The notes beneath the pieces were generated by a model. It made no database searches. It had not been told where the DNA came from and saw only the letters and a program-made list of their open reading frames with translations. The translations under genes were made by a program, and so were the position numbers. From NCBI GenBank assembly GCA_964605275.1, contig CAZSAO010000003.1:27248-91247 (forward strand): DNA of 64,000 nucleotides. The letters are read 5' to 3'. The DNA comes from an uncultured Legionella sp. (GTDB lineage: Bacteria; Pseudomonadota; Gammaproteobacteria; Legionellales; Legionellaceae). Positions within the stretch are counted from its first letter, which is position 1; each line of letters starts with the position of its first letter. Below are positions 17,443 through 27,068 of this stretch, in pieces.

Positions 17443-19179
17443 TTATTGCTCCTTAACTTTCGGCAAAGTGAAATAAAAAATACTGCCTATGCCCACTGTT
17501 GATTCCACCCATAACCGACCACCATGGTTTTCGATAATTTTTTTACAAATAGATAAACCAAGTCCAGTGCCTTTAATTTCATCCCAGGTGTGTAATCGTC
17601 GAAAAGGTTGAAAAATTTCAGCCAAGAAATTAGATGCAATCCCTAAACCATTATCAGTGACACTAATACACCAATAAGCAGCATCATCACTATTTAAACC
17701 AATATGAATAATGGGTTGTTTATTAGGCTCTTGATATTTGATTGCATTGATAATTAAGTTTTGCAAAACACGTCTAAATTGAATTAAATTACCATAAAAA
17801 CAGGGTAGATGATCGTGGGTTATATGCACATTTTTTTCATACAGCAATACCCGAATATTAGCGAGCGTACTTAGGAAGAGCTCTTCCCCATCAAAAAAGA
17901 CCGATTGATTTGCCTCATTATCAACGCGTGAGTAATCTAACAAATCATTAACCGTATCGTGCATACGTGTGCCTGCATCAGCAATAATATTAAGATAATC
18001 CATGCCTTCGTCATCTAATTTATCTTTATAATCAGCAACAATAATATGGCTAAAATTAGTAATCATGCGAATAGGTTCTTGCAAATCATGAGATGCAATA
18101 TAAGCAAAACGCTCTAATTCGGTATTAGATGCTAATAGTTTTTGAATCATTTCCTCTAGATTTTGGTTTAATACCACCAGTTTCTTTTCTCGTTCATGCA
18201 ACTCCGCCTCAATTTTTTTACGCTCACTCACATCACGATTAATTTCTAATACGCCAATAGGTACGCCCTCTTGATCACACTCTAATGCCCAGCGACTTTC
18301 AACTATCAGCTTTTTCCCCCACCTGGTCGTATGAATTAACTCACCATTCCATGTTTTTTGCTTATATAATTCCTGTTCAATTTCATCTAATTGTTTCGGA
18401 AATTGGGTTTGTAATAATTTATGGGTTAACTGCCCCATGGCCTCATCAGTATTCCAACCATAGGTTTGCTCTGCTCCTTTGTTCCAAAAGGTAATCACAT
18501 CATTTTTATTGCGTACTAAAATCGCATCATTAGCAAGGTGTAATAAAGCAACATGACGTGATAAGACATCATTCATCAATTTTCGTTCGGTAATATTTTG
18601 AATTTGTGAAACAAAATATTTAGGTGTGCCATTGGCATGCCAAACCAGCGATACATTCAGTAAAACCCAAATAATTTGACCGTGTTTATGAATATAACGT
18701 TTTTCTATCTCATATGAATTAACTTTTTTTGTGAGCACTTTTTGCACAAAATCCAGATCTATATCTAAATCATCAGGATACGTAAGCGATTGAAAATTAG
18801 TCGCTAGGAGTTCATCTTCACTATAACCCACAAGTTCACATAAAGCAGGATTTACTTTTAACCAGCGTCCTTGCGGTGACACTAATGCCATACCAATAAC
18901 CGCATAATTATTTGCGGAACGAAAAGTTTCCTCACTTAAAATAAGCGCTTTATTTTTTTCTATAAATTTAACAGTACAATAAACACATAAAGCAATAAAC
19001 AAGGCCAGGAATAGACCAATAATTATCACAATAAAAAAGGTATTAGAGAAATGAATAACCCACTCAAGCAAAACCGTATTAGCTATTAAAATAATAGTGA
19101 TGATACAAAAACAATTGAAGAACAACACGATATTCGCGTGAGTTAATTTAGAACGCAAATAAGATATTTTAGAGTACAT
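17443..19179 (-). CDS. Membrane sensor histidine kinase with tandem PAS/PAC domains
   Basis: Two N-terminal TM helices, two PAS-like blocks (NPALCELVGYSEDELL; WNKGAEQTYGWNTDEAMG), a coiled-coil linker, H-box ASHDLQEPIRMI and a HATPase domain (DNGLGIA, GTGLGLSICKKI). Confidence 0.9.
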   Translation of the reverse strand: MYSKISYLRSKLTHANIVLFFNCFCIITIILIANTVLLEWVIHFSNTFFIVIIIGLFLALFIALCVYCTVKFIEKNKALILSEETFRSANNYAVIGMALVSPQGRWLKVNPALCELVGYSEDELLATNFQSLTYPDDLDIDLDFVQKVLTKKVNSYEIEKRYIHKHGQIIWVLLNVSLVWHANGTPKYFVSQIQNITERKLMNDVLSRHVALLHLANDAILVRNKNDVITFWNKGAEQTYGWNTDEAMGQLTHKLLQTQFPKQLDEIEQELYKQKTWNGELIHTTRWGKKLIVESRWALECDQEGVPIGVLEINRDVSERKKIEAELHEREKKLVVLNQNLEEMIQKLLASNTELERFAYIASHDLQEPIRMITNFSHIIVADYKDKLDDEGMDYLNIIADAGTRMHDTVNDLLDYSRVDNEANQSVFFDGEELFLSTLANIRVLLYEKNVHITHDHLPCFYGNLIQFRRVLQNLIINAIKYQEPNKQPIIHIGLNSDDAAYWCISVTDNGLGIASNFLAEIFQPFRRLHTWDEIKGTGLGLSICKKIIENHGGRLWVESTVGIGSIFYFTLPKVKEQ

Positions 19180-19223
19180 ATACGTTTTATTTTCAAGGAT
19201 AAGCCTTACCCTTTAGTATATGC

Positions 19224-19247
19224 TAAAAATAGGGGCTCAGCCCCTAT
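19224..19247 (-). terminator. Intrinsic terminator after queF
   Basis: Stem ataggggc/gcccctat with a 3-nt loop, followed on the minus strand by TTTTT. Confidence 0.65.
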
Positions 19248-19260
19248 TGAATACGCACCT

Positions 19261-20100
19261 TTATTGCCGCGGCAAACGAATATTAGACACATGCTCTAAG
19301 GAGCACGCTTTTGTCGTGCGATAAGGATTAATATCTATGCCTCCTCGACGCGTATAACGACCATATACAGTCAACTCTAAAGGACGACAATAGGATAAAA
19401 TATCCACAAAAATCCGTTCAATGCATTGTTCATGAAACTCATTATGATTCCGAAAAGAAACAATATACTGCAACAATCCCTCTCTATTAATTTGGGGTCC
19501 TTTATATTGAATCCAAACACTTCCCCAATCCGGTTGAAACGTCACCAAACAATTCGATTTTAAAAGATCAGAATAAAGTGTTTCTTCCACCTCTAACTCA
19601 GTTGTTGATAAAAAAGTAGGTAACACTTCATACGCATCGCACTCTATATCTAAAGTATCAAGACATTCCCCTGTAAGCATGGGATGCATAGACGTTTGCT
19701 CTTGCCCTAAAACACGAAGCGTTACCACAACATCAGAATGAATGCTTTGCGATAAATCGTTTACAAGCACGGCATGCACCTCATTAACCGATGCAAAACG
19801 CGTATTATTAAGCGTATTAAAATACAATTTTAAAGACTTAGATTCAATTATATAAGGTGAGAGACAATCATAGATAATCTCAGCAATAGCCACCATAGGC
19901 TTACCTTTAAGGTTTAACCAAGAAACCTCATAATGATTCCACAAATCAAAACCATTAAAGGGCAGTTGATTTGAATCGATACCTAGCTCTAAACGTTTGG
20001 CCGTGCGTAAAATAGGAAATAACTTACTGGCATCGTAATGAGCGTGATACTCCGATTTTTGTCCCAGCTCTAATTTTTTATCGTTAATATCGTTCATCAT
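19261..20100 (-). CDS. queF: NADPH-dependent 7-cyano-7-deazaguanine (preQ0) reductase, two-domain type
   Basis: It aligns along its length with E. coli QueF (ESKSLKLYFN, LLKSNCLVTFQPDWGSV, SFRNHNEFHEQC, YTRRGGIDINP). Confidence 0.93.
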   Translation of the reverse strand: MMNDINDKKLELGQKSEYHAHYDASKLFPILRTAKRLELGIDSNQLPFNGFDLWNHYEVSWLNLKGKPMVAIAEIIYDCLSPYIIESKSLKLYFNTLNNTRFASVNEVHAVLVNDLSQSIHSDVVVTLRVLGQEQTSMHPMLTGECLDTLDIECDAYEVLPTFLSTTELEVEETLYSDLLKSNCLVTFQPDWGSVWIQYKGPQINREGLLQYIVSFRNHNEFHEQCIERIFVDILSYCRPLELTVYGRYTRRGGIDINPYRTTKACSLEHVSNIRLPRQ

Positions 20101-20118
20101 TCATTCTCATTCACACAT

Positions 20119-20451
20119 TTACTTTTTCACTGACTCTTTTTTCACATTCACAACACTTTCTTTTTGCGTTTCGCGCACGATTCCATGCATTGCCTGTTCT
20201 AATATCTGAAATGATTGTTGCATATAATCTAAGGTTTTATGGCCATTTTCTACAATAACGCTAAGATGCTTCTCTAAAAACTCTTCTGGCTTTTTAATAT
20301 GTGCTAAATCTTCTGGTTTTAAATAATCAAAACTTTGTAATGTTTTAAGATTTAACTCAGCAATCGCTTGAAAAGGCTCTTGCGCTTTTTTTACCATGTC
20401 ACCTAATTGTTCATAATTTTGAAATTGCATGATATTCTCCTCACTCATCAT
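20119..20451 (-). CDS. Phasin-family (PHA granule-associated) protein, putative
   Basis: A 110-aa helical, charged protein next to phaR and phaB. The N-terminal F.N.EQL...P....ELN.KTL pattern resembles phasins. The call rests mainly on context. Confidence 0.5.
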   Translation of the reverse strand: MMSEENIMQFQNYEQLGDMVKKAQEPFQAIAELNLKTLQSFDYLKPEDLAHIKKPEEFLEKHLSVIVENGHKTLDYMQQSFQILEQAMHGIVRETQKESVVNVKKESVKK

Positions 20452-20513
20452 ATTAAATGCTGCACCGCACCATTTAATATTGGTCCATTTTTAACCTTTT
20501 GTCAATCAAATCG

Positions 20514-20903
20514 CTATTTGAATAATTTGGTCCATTGCATCATGGCCTCTTGCATGGGTTCAGTCCATGGAGAAGAGGCGGTTTGATAAGGATTTGTTTG
20601 CTGTGCTTGATTCATTGCACCTACCATGTGCTCCATCATTTGTTTAAAAGAAGCATGCATAGGATGATTGGCCCATTGAATCATTTGACGTAATAAATCA
20701 GCAGAAAAAAACGGGGTTGTACCGGCTTCCATTTCAACAATAATTTGTAATAATACTGCATTGGTTAGATCCGCTCCTTCAGCATCCTCTACTTTAAAAA
20801 TCACACCATCAATAACATAATTTTGTAATTGTTCTAAGGTAATATACTGGCTAAGTTCCGTATCATAAAGTCTTCGATTTTTGTATTTTTTAATTAATCG
20901 CAT
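20514..20903 (-). CDS. phaR: Polyhydroxyalkanoate synthesis repressor PhaR
   Basis: MRLIKKYKNRRLYDTELSQYITLEQL is the conserved PhaR N-terminal DNA-binding motif. Confidence 0.85.
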   Translation of the reverse strand: MRLIKKYKNRRLYDTELSQYITLEQLQNYVIDGVIFKVEDAEGADLTNAVLLQIIVEMEAGTTPFFSADLLRQMIQWANHPMHASFKQMMEHMVGAMNQAQQTNPYQTASSPWTEPMQEAMMQWTKLFK

Positions 20904-20985
20904 GGTTCTTAATCCTAATCATTTATACCTTGCTCACCTAATCAAGATATAAATGATTCTTAATCCATATGCAAGTCATCAGACA

Positions 20986-21726
20986 CTACATATATTGTCC
21001 ACCATTCACATCAATGTTTGTCCCCGTAATAAACCCACTATCAGGCGATACTAAAAAAGCCACCACATCAGCGACTTCTTTTGCTGAACCAAGACGCCCT
21101 ACGGGTATATTGGCAATAATAGAGTTTAAGATTTCTTCCTTCATACTCGATAGCATAGGTGTAGCAATATATCCCGGAGAAATAGTATTCGCAGTAATCC
21201 CTTTACTCGCCGTTTCTAATGCTAAACTTTTAGTAAAGCCATATAAAGCAGCTTTTGTTGCAGCATAATTACATTGACCAAACTGCCCTTTTCTGCCATT
21301 AATCGAAGAAATGCTGACAATACGTCCGTATCCATGCTCTAACATTCGCGGCAATACATTACGCGTCATATTAAAAACACTGGTTAAATTAGAATCTAGA
21401 ACGTGTTGCCATTGTTTCGGGGTCATTTTACGTAGGCAAGAATCTTGCGTAATACCTGCATTATTAACCAAAATATCAATAGAACCATAACGTTCGGCAA
21501 CTAAATGAACTAGTTTTTCGCAATCATCATACTGCGCAATATCACCATAAACCACATCAATAGAGAATCCCGCTCTTTCTTGCTCTTTTTGCCATTGATG
21601 CGCCTCGTCGTGATTACCATTCTTGAAATAACATGCAACAACTTGATAGTCATGAGCTAATCGCTGAGAAATAGCCGAACCAATACCTCCTGTTCCTCCA
21701 GTTACTAACGCTATTTTTTTATCCAT
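20986..21726 (-). CDS. phaB: Acetoacetyl-CoA reductase (SDR family)
   Basis: TGGTGGIGSAI cofactor motif, NNAGIT and the YAATKAAL catalytic motif. It is 246 aa and adjacent to phaR. Substrate specificity is inferred from context. Confidence 0.8.
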   Translation of the reverse strand: MDKKIALVTGGTGGIGSAISQRLAHDYQVVACYFKNGNHDEAHQWQKEQERAGFSIDVVYGDIAQYDDCEKLVHLVAERYGSIDILVNNAGITQDSCLRKMTPKQWQHVLDSNLTSVFNMTRNVLPRMLEHGYGRIVSISSINGRKGQFGQCNYAATKAALYGFTKSLALETASKGITANTISPGYIATPMLSSMKEEILNSIIANIPVGRLGSAKEVADVVAFLVSPDSGFITGTNIDVNGGQYM

Positions 21727-21812
21727 CAGTCGCTCCCTGTCTGATTTAAATATTTTTATTTCATCGTTAACTCAATTGATATTAGACCAAAAATAATTTT
21801 TTGCTGAAAATA

Positions 21813-21843
21813 AAAAATAAAAAAAAGCCCGTTTTCAACGGGC
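21813..21843 (-). terminator. Intrinsic terminator after the desaturase gene
   Basis: Stem gcccgtt/aacgggc followed on the minus strand by a long T-run (the A-run at 21815-21826 on the plus strand). Confidence 0.75.
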
Positions 21844-21851
21844 AGCTAGTA

Positions 21852-23036
21852 TTAAACTTGATACAAGGGAACATAACCTCGCAACTGCATAGCGAATTGA
21901 CGCAGCACATCAAGCCCAGAAGCTTCCGCCTGCCGACACCACTGTTGCAACGCATCCACTAATTCTTTTTGTGATGAGGCCGTTTTTAGCCACACAGCCT
22001 GCAAAGAACATTTATAGATATAGACAAGACGAAGTTCATCGCAACTCATTAGCACACGTTCCAAACGCTCTTTTGCTTTTTGCGTTAATAACCGATCTTC
22101 ACGACGCAATAAGCGTGCGGCTTGTTGTAATAATTTTTTCTCATCTTTATGTACTATTTTGCTTTGTTGTTCTTGTTGCACCATGGGCCGAATGACGGCT
22201 TTATAATAATTAGACATCACCTGGAAGCGATTAGAAATGACCGCTTTCACCGTTTCGAGATCAATTTGTGATTTACTCGAATCTAGGGCTAATTTAGGCG
22301 GCAATTTCTTTACTTTGGCTAAACCTAAAAAAGACAAAATACGAATATACAACCAACCCAAATCAAACTCCCACCATTTTACGGAAAACTTAGCAGAAGA
22401 AGCAAACGTATGATGATTATTATGTAACTCTTCACCCCCAATCCAAAAACCCCACGGGATAATATTGGTAGCCGCATCAGGGCATTCATAGTTTCTATAA
22501 CCCCAAAAATGACCTACGCCATTAATTACACCCGCAGCATGTAATGGAATCCATAGCATTTGGATAGCCCAGATACTCAATCCTGGCATGCCAAATAACA
22601 ATAAATCAAACACTAACATCAGTGCAACGCCCACTACCGCATGGGGTGAATACACATAGCGCTCTAACCAATCATCAGGTGTTCCATGAGAATACTTCTC
22701 GATCATCTCTTTATCATTACACGCTTGGCGATATAACTCAGCGCCTTGCCAAAATACTTTTTTAATACCAAGAACAACAGGACTATGAGGATCGCCCTCA
22801 ACATCAGTGGATGCATGATGTTTACGATGAATAGCAACCCATTGTGCTGTAACCATACCGGTCGTTAGCCAAAGCCAAAGACGGAAAAAATGACTGATGA
22901 TTGGATGTAATGTTAATGCGCGATGTGTTTGATGACGATGTAAATAAATAGTAACAGCCGCAATAGTGATTTGAGTGAGCACAAGCGTTGCTGCGACATA
23001 ACCCCAAAAAGACAGGTTTAACAAGCCGTAAAGCAT
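21852..23036 (-). CDS. Membrane acyl-CoA/acyl-lipid delta-9-type fatty acid desaturase (DesA-like)
   Basis: It has the three histidine boxes HRKHH, HNNHH and a further His cluster, plus N-terminal TM helices. The ATG at 23036 has a GAAAGGGGA Shine-Dalgarno sequence. The ORF-track start at 23069 is a TTG. Confidence 0.85.
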   Translation of the reverse strand: MLYGLLNLSFWGYVAATLVLTQITIAAVTIYLHRHQTHRALTLHPIISHFFRLWLWLTTGMVTAQWVAIHRKHHASTDVEGDPHSPVVLGIKKVFWQGAELYRQACNDKEMIEKYSHGTPDDWLERYVYSPHAVVGVALMLVFDLLLFGMPGLSIWAIQMLWIPLHAAGVINGVGHFWGYRNYECPDAATNIIPWGFWIGGEELHNNHHTFASSAKFSVKWWEFDLGWLYIRILSFLGLAKVKKLPPKLALDSSKSQIDLETVKAVISNRFQVMSNYYKAVIRPMVQQEQQSKIVHKDEKKLLQQAARLLRREDRLLTQKAKERLERVLMSCDELRLVYIYKCSLQAVWLKTASSQKELVDALQQWCRQAEASGLDVLRQFAMQLRGYVPLYQV

Positions 23037-23200
23037 AAGTTCCCCTTTCAAATAAACACAAATAGTCAATACGTTAGAATGTCCTATTCTTAGGTTAACC
23101 TCCGTGTTTCGGTATAATCATAACACAATTTAATTTATTTTATTGCATGATTTGTTTCTATAACTGATAATTAGATAACGTACTGTATTTAGGAACTAAA

Positions 23201-23431
23201 ATGGACGCCCAAAAACTCAAAGCTAGTTTTATCCCATTCGTAATGCTAGGCATCGCCATTACCGTAGGAATTGTCTTATTATTTATCTTCTTTTATCTTG
23301 CCTTTTGGGGTGTACTCATCGGTGGTGTATTATGGCTTAGTGTTGTGGCTAAAAACTATTTCTTTCCCACCAAACATACGGCACCTATTAAAAAAGACGG
23401 CCGAATTATTGAATACGATGAGCGAAAATAA
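23201..23431 (+). CDS. Small two-TM membrane protein, unknown function
   Basis: The 76-aa product has two hydrophobic helices. Its stop overlaps the mutM start (TAATG), which suggests translational coupling. Confidence 0.5.
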   Translation: MDAQKLKASFIPFVMLGIAITVGIVLLFIFFYLAFWGVLIGGVLWLSVVAKNYFFPTKHTAPIKKDGRIIEYDERK

Positions 23432-24252
23432 TGCCTGAACTACCCGAAGTAGAAACCACCAAAGAAGGCATCAAACCCTTTTTACTACAACAAACAATCA
23501 CTGATGTGATTATTCGTAATAGCAAATTACGCCTTCCTATTGACGCTAAACTTAAGGATTGGTGTATCAAGCAAACCATATGCGATATTACGCGTCGAGC
23601 AAAATATCTGCTCATTCATTTATCCCAAGGTACCCTATTAATTCATTTAGGTATGTCCGGCCATCTTCGTATAGTAGATGCCAACACACCACCCGATAAA
23701 CACGACCACGTTGATTTATCATTAAATAATAATAAAATCTTACGTTATTGTGATCCTAGACGTTTTGGTCTAATTATTTATATCGCAGATGAGCCAGAAA
23801 AACACCGCTTATTACATCATCTTGGACCCGAACCCTTAACCCCTGCATTCAATGGCGCCTACTTATATCAACACACCCGAAACAAAAGCCAGGCGATAAA
23901 AACCGTGCTCATGACCAATCAAATAGTGGTTGGCATCGGCAATATTTATGCTAGTGAGTGTTTATTTTTAGCCCGAATACATCCATTAACTGCGGCAAGA
24001 GACATAACGCAAGAGCACTATGAACAATTAGCCCAACACATAAAAGACGTATTACACGCCGCGATTAAGGCCGGTGGCACTACCTTAAAAGACTTTTATG
24101 GATTTGATGGTAAGCCTGGTTATTTCAGCATTTCATTAAACGTTTATGGTCGTAAAAATCAACCTTGTTTTAATTGTGGTACGACTATTGAGCATCTGAA
24201 CATTGCCAGGCGTAGCTCTACTTTTTGTCCTCTATGCCAAAAACCACACTAG
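23431..24252 (+). CDS. mutM: Formamidopyrimidine-DNA glycosylase
   Basis: It has the MPELPEVET N-terminus and the C-terminal zinc finger CFNCGT...FCPLCQ. Confidence 0.95.
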   Translation: MPELPEVETTKEGIKPFLLQQTITDVIIRNSKLRLPIDAKLKDWCIKQTICDITRRAKYLLIHLSQGTLLIHLGMSGHLRIVDANTPPDKHDHVDLSLNNNKILRYCDPRRFGLIIYIADEPEKHRLLHHLGPEPLTPAFNGAYLYQHTRNKSQAIKTVLMTNQIVVGIGNIYASECLFLARIHPLTAARDITQEHYEQLAQHIKDVLHAAIKAGGTTLKDFYGFDGKPGYFSISLNVYGRKNQPCFNCGTTIEHLNIARRSSTFCPLCQKPH

Positions 24253-24312
24253 TCAATCCTTTATAATTGTTGTATTATTTTACAATAACCCTTAATTTTT
24301 TCCATTTTATTT

Positions 24313-25038
24313 ATGCGTACCGGACGATTAAGAACGCTTTGGTTATTTGTAGTGCTGGCAATGTACACAGCTATCGCCTGCTTACGCTCTATTTTTAAAT
24401 ATCTCTTCTCTATACCTACAAGAGCATGGGTTGATAAAATAATTCACCAGTGGGCCGATCGTCTATTGAAAAAAGCACAAGTTACTTATGAAGTAATTAA
24501 TCCACTAAATATCCAGCCTCAGCCGGGTAAAGCCACTCTTTTAATGTGCAACCATTCCAGCCTTTTTGATATTCCGCTTGCTTTTAAAGCATTTCCGCAA
24601 CACTCCATCCGAATGCTCGCTAAACACGAATTATCAAAAATTCCAATTATGGGTAAAGGCATGACCGTTGCCGAATTTCCCTTTATTAATCGCAAAAATC
24701 GCTTTCAAGCAATAAAGGATTTACATTATGCGAAGGAATTGATGGAAAGCGGCATACTCTTATGGGTGGCTCCCGAAGGAACGCGCTCGGTGGATGGTAC
24801 TCTTGGAGCATTTAAAAAAGGTGCATTTATTACCGCCATTCAAGCAAAAGCAATCATTATACCTATCGGAATACGAGGAGCAGATGCCATTGTTCCTGCT
24901 AAAAAATTAGCCCTTAATTTAAAACAAAAAGCAGAAATTCATATTGGCGCACCTATCGATGCAACACAATTTACCTTAAATGATAAAAATAGGCTTCTTA
25001 GTCAAACGTATGAAGCCATTAAACAACTTATCAATTAA
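24313..25038 (+). CDS. plsC: 1-acyl-sn-glycerol-3-phosphate acyltransferase family protein
   Basis: HX4D motif (CNHSSLFDIP) and a PEGTRS block, with an N-terminal TM helix. Confidence 0.8.
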   Translation: MRTGRLRTLWLFVVLAMYTAIACLRSIFKYLFSIPTRAWVDKIIHQWADRLLKKAQVTYEVINPLNIQPQPGKATLLMCNHSSLFDIPLAFKAFPQHSIRMLAKHELSKIPIMGKGMTVAEFPFINRKNRFQAIKDLHYAKELMESGILLWVAPEGTRSVDGTLGAFKKGAFITAIQAKAIIIPIGIRGADAIVPAKKLALNLKQKAEIHIGAPIDATQFTLNDKNRLLSQTYEAIKQLIN

Positions 25039-25090
25039 AAATAAATGTGCTATACCTTAAGTAACACATATTGTTTATAAGGTTACCACC

Positions 25091-25789
25091 ATGCCTATAT
25101 TTAAAAGTACTTCCAGTGAATCGAATAAAAATATGGAGGACATTAATAAATCTGTACAGGAAGCAAAATCTATTAAAGAAGATCATTTACTTGTGTTCGT
25201 TACAAGACAAATGCTAGAAGCAGCCGCACAATTTCAAAATGACTTAAATAAGGCTGTACTAGAAAAAAAAATCACCCCTAAAGAAGGGAAAAAAATAATT
25301 GATGAAACGAGTATGCTTGCAAATCAAGTAAAAGATTTAGTAGAAAAAGTTGATTATAATGCACTGTTTGATGGTATGACCGATCTTAAAAAGAAATTTC
25401 AGAGCCTGAACAACAACGTTGAACAATTACCTGCAAAAGAACAATCCAGTATCAATTTTAAGGCCTTTTTTACCGCAGTAGAGTCATTTTTTAATAAAAT
25501 TAGTAATTTTATACTTAAATCCTTCAATGCAAATGATACCGCTTCAGTATTTACAAAGCAAACTGCACGCACAAAATCAATTGACTCCGACGACTCGGTG
25601 CATTCATTAAATACAGCCAGTACACACTCATATGCTAGTGAAGAGAGTCACAATATTAACCCATCTGCTAATTATAGAATAATAATGAGTAGCAGTAGAA
25701 ATGAAACTGTAGAAGAAGCCGTAGAATTAGAGCTCAACGTTATTGACGACGATGAGGAAGAAGAAAATAATCACGGATTTAGTAAATAA
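25091..25789 (+). CDS. Hypothetical protein: coiled-coil N-terminal half, Ser-rich region and poly-acidic C-terminus
   Basis: The ORF is 232 aa with no recognisable family, no signal peptide and no TM helix. The C-terminus is ...ELELNVIDDDEEEENNHGFSK. Confidence 0.6.
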   Translation: MPIFKSTSSESNKNMEDINKSVQEAKSIKEDHLLVFVTRQMLEAAAQFQNDLNKAVLEKKITPKEGKKIIDETSMLANQVKDLVEKVDYNALFDGMTDLKKKFQSLNNNVEQLPAKEQSSINFKAFFTAVESFFNKISNFILKSFNANDTASVFTKQTARTKSIDSDDSVHSLNTASTHSYASEESHNINPSANYRIIMSSSRNETVEEAVELELNVIDDDEEEENNHGFSK

Positions 25790-25829
25790 ACATCCTGATG
25801 CGAGTCAGCAGAATGCTTATTAATTATTA

Positions 25830-26855
25830 TTATACTACGGAAAAAATATGTTCTAATCGAGCTAATACAGCGGGAACATTTACCAAGCTCATGGTATGTT
25901 CCCCATGTACATGGGTACCCCACACATGTTCATCATAAGATTGCCCTAAAAATTGCTTACTCGCTCTGGGATATTCATCCACCACTAAATCAAGAAAAGA
26001 ATAAGGACCTGATACTCGTGAATTGGTAACCGCATGCAAAGCAACCACCGGAGTGTTCACCGCACTAGCCATATGTGAAGGACCAGTATCAGGACATAAT
26101 ACCGCTTGTGCTTTACTAATCACCGCTAATAATTGTTTGGGTTTTGTTTTACCCACTAAATCAGTTACCTGCACAGCGCTACCGATTTGCTCGGCCAAGG
26201 CTTTATCATAGGCACCAGGACCACCAGTCAAAACAATATGCACACCCCAACGTTGTTGTGCTACTAATAACACCTCAAAATAGCGCGCAACAAGCCAACT
26301 TCGCTCAGGCTTACTGGCCGCCGGATTAACCACTAAAATAGGTTTGCTATCTTGGGGCAAATGTGTTGTTGCCCATTGATAATCTTCTGCCGTAATAGGT
26401 AAATCCCAACGTATTAATGGTTGGGTGATCCCTAGAGGTTCGCAGAATTTCAAAAAACCTTCTAAAGTATGATCTTTACCTGCAACAATGCGTTCTTTAA
26501 CAACTAAACCATGGCCATCTTTAGCACGATGCGTATCGTACCCTATTTTTCGTTTTGCCTTAATTAACGGATAAAGCAAGTTGGTGCGAAAACTAGCTTG
26601 CGTTGCTAATAATACATCAAAACAACGCGTGCTCATCATGCGTTTAAAACGCCAAAAATCAGCTAATGATTTAGGTTTATCAATGACAATAAACTCAACC
26701 CCATCCATTCCTTCGACCAAATCATAGGCAGGCCGCGAAATAATCCAAGTCAGTTTTGCCGCAGGCAGATGAGCCTGTAAGGTCCGCACCAAAGGCACCA
26801 GCATCAGCACATCACCTAATGCCGAAAGCCGGACAATACAAATTGAATTAATCAT
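25830..26855 (-). CDS. Glycosyltransferase family 9 (LPS heptosyltransferase-like)
   Basis: ICIVRLSALGDVLMLVPLVRTL N-terminus and the GGPG...D.GP.H.A block. The ATG at 26855 overlaps the upstream stop (ATGATTAA), so it is preferred over 26879. Confidence 0.85.
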   Translation of the reverse strand: MINSICIVRLSALGDVLMLVPLVRTLQAHLPAAKLTWIISRPAYDLVEGMDGVEFIVIDKPKSLADFWRFKRMMSTRCFDVLLATQASFRTNLLYPLIKAKRKIGYDTHRAKDGHGLVVKERIVAGKDHTLEGFLKFCEPLGITQPLIRWDLPITAEDYQWATTHLPQDSKPILVVNPAASKPERSWLVARYFEVLLVAQQRWGVHIVLTGGPGAYDKALAEQIGSAVQVTDLVGKTKPKQLLAVISKAQAVLCPDTGPSHMASAVNTPVVALHAVTNSRVSGPYSFLDLVVDEYPRASKQFLGQSYDEHVWGTHVHGEHTMSLVNVPAVLARLEHIFSVV

Positions 26856-27042
26856 TTTGCAACACAAACCGTGAACCACAATAAGGACACACTTCCATAC
26901 CGGATTGTTCTATTGGTAAATACACTTTAGGATGAGCATTCCACAATTCCATGCTATCCGTAGGACAACTTAAAGGGAGCTCATGACGATGTACTATATA
27001 GTTTTTTTCCGTGCATGCCGGAGTTTTTTTCTCAGTTAACAT
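26848..27042 (-). CDS. Small zinc-finger protein (zf-CHCC / NDUFS6-like domain)
   Basis: The 64-aa product has SCP....HPKVYLPI.....CPYCGSRFVL, which matches the CHCC zinc-finger pattern. Confidence 0.7.
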   Translation of the reverse strand: MLTEKKTPACTEKNYIVHRHELPLSCPTDSMELWNAHPKVYLPIEQSGMEVCPYCGSRFVLQND

Positions 27043-27068
27043 GATATTCCTCTGGCGCCTAATCGCAA

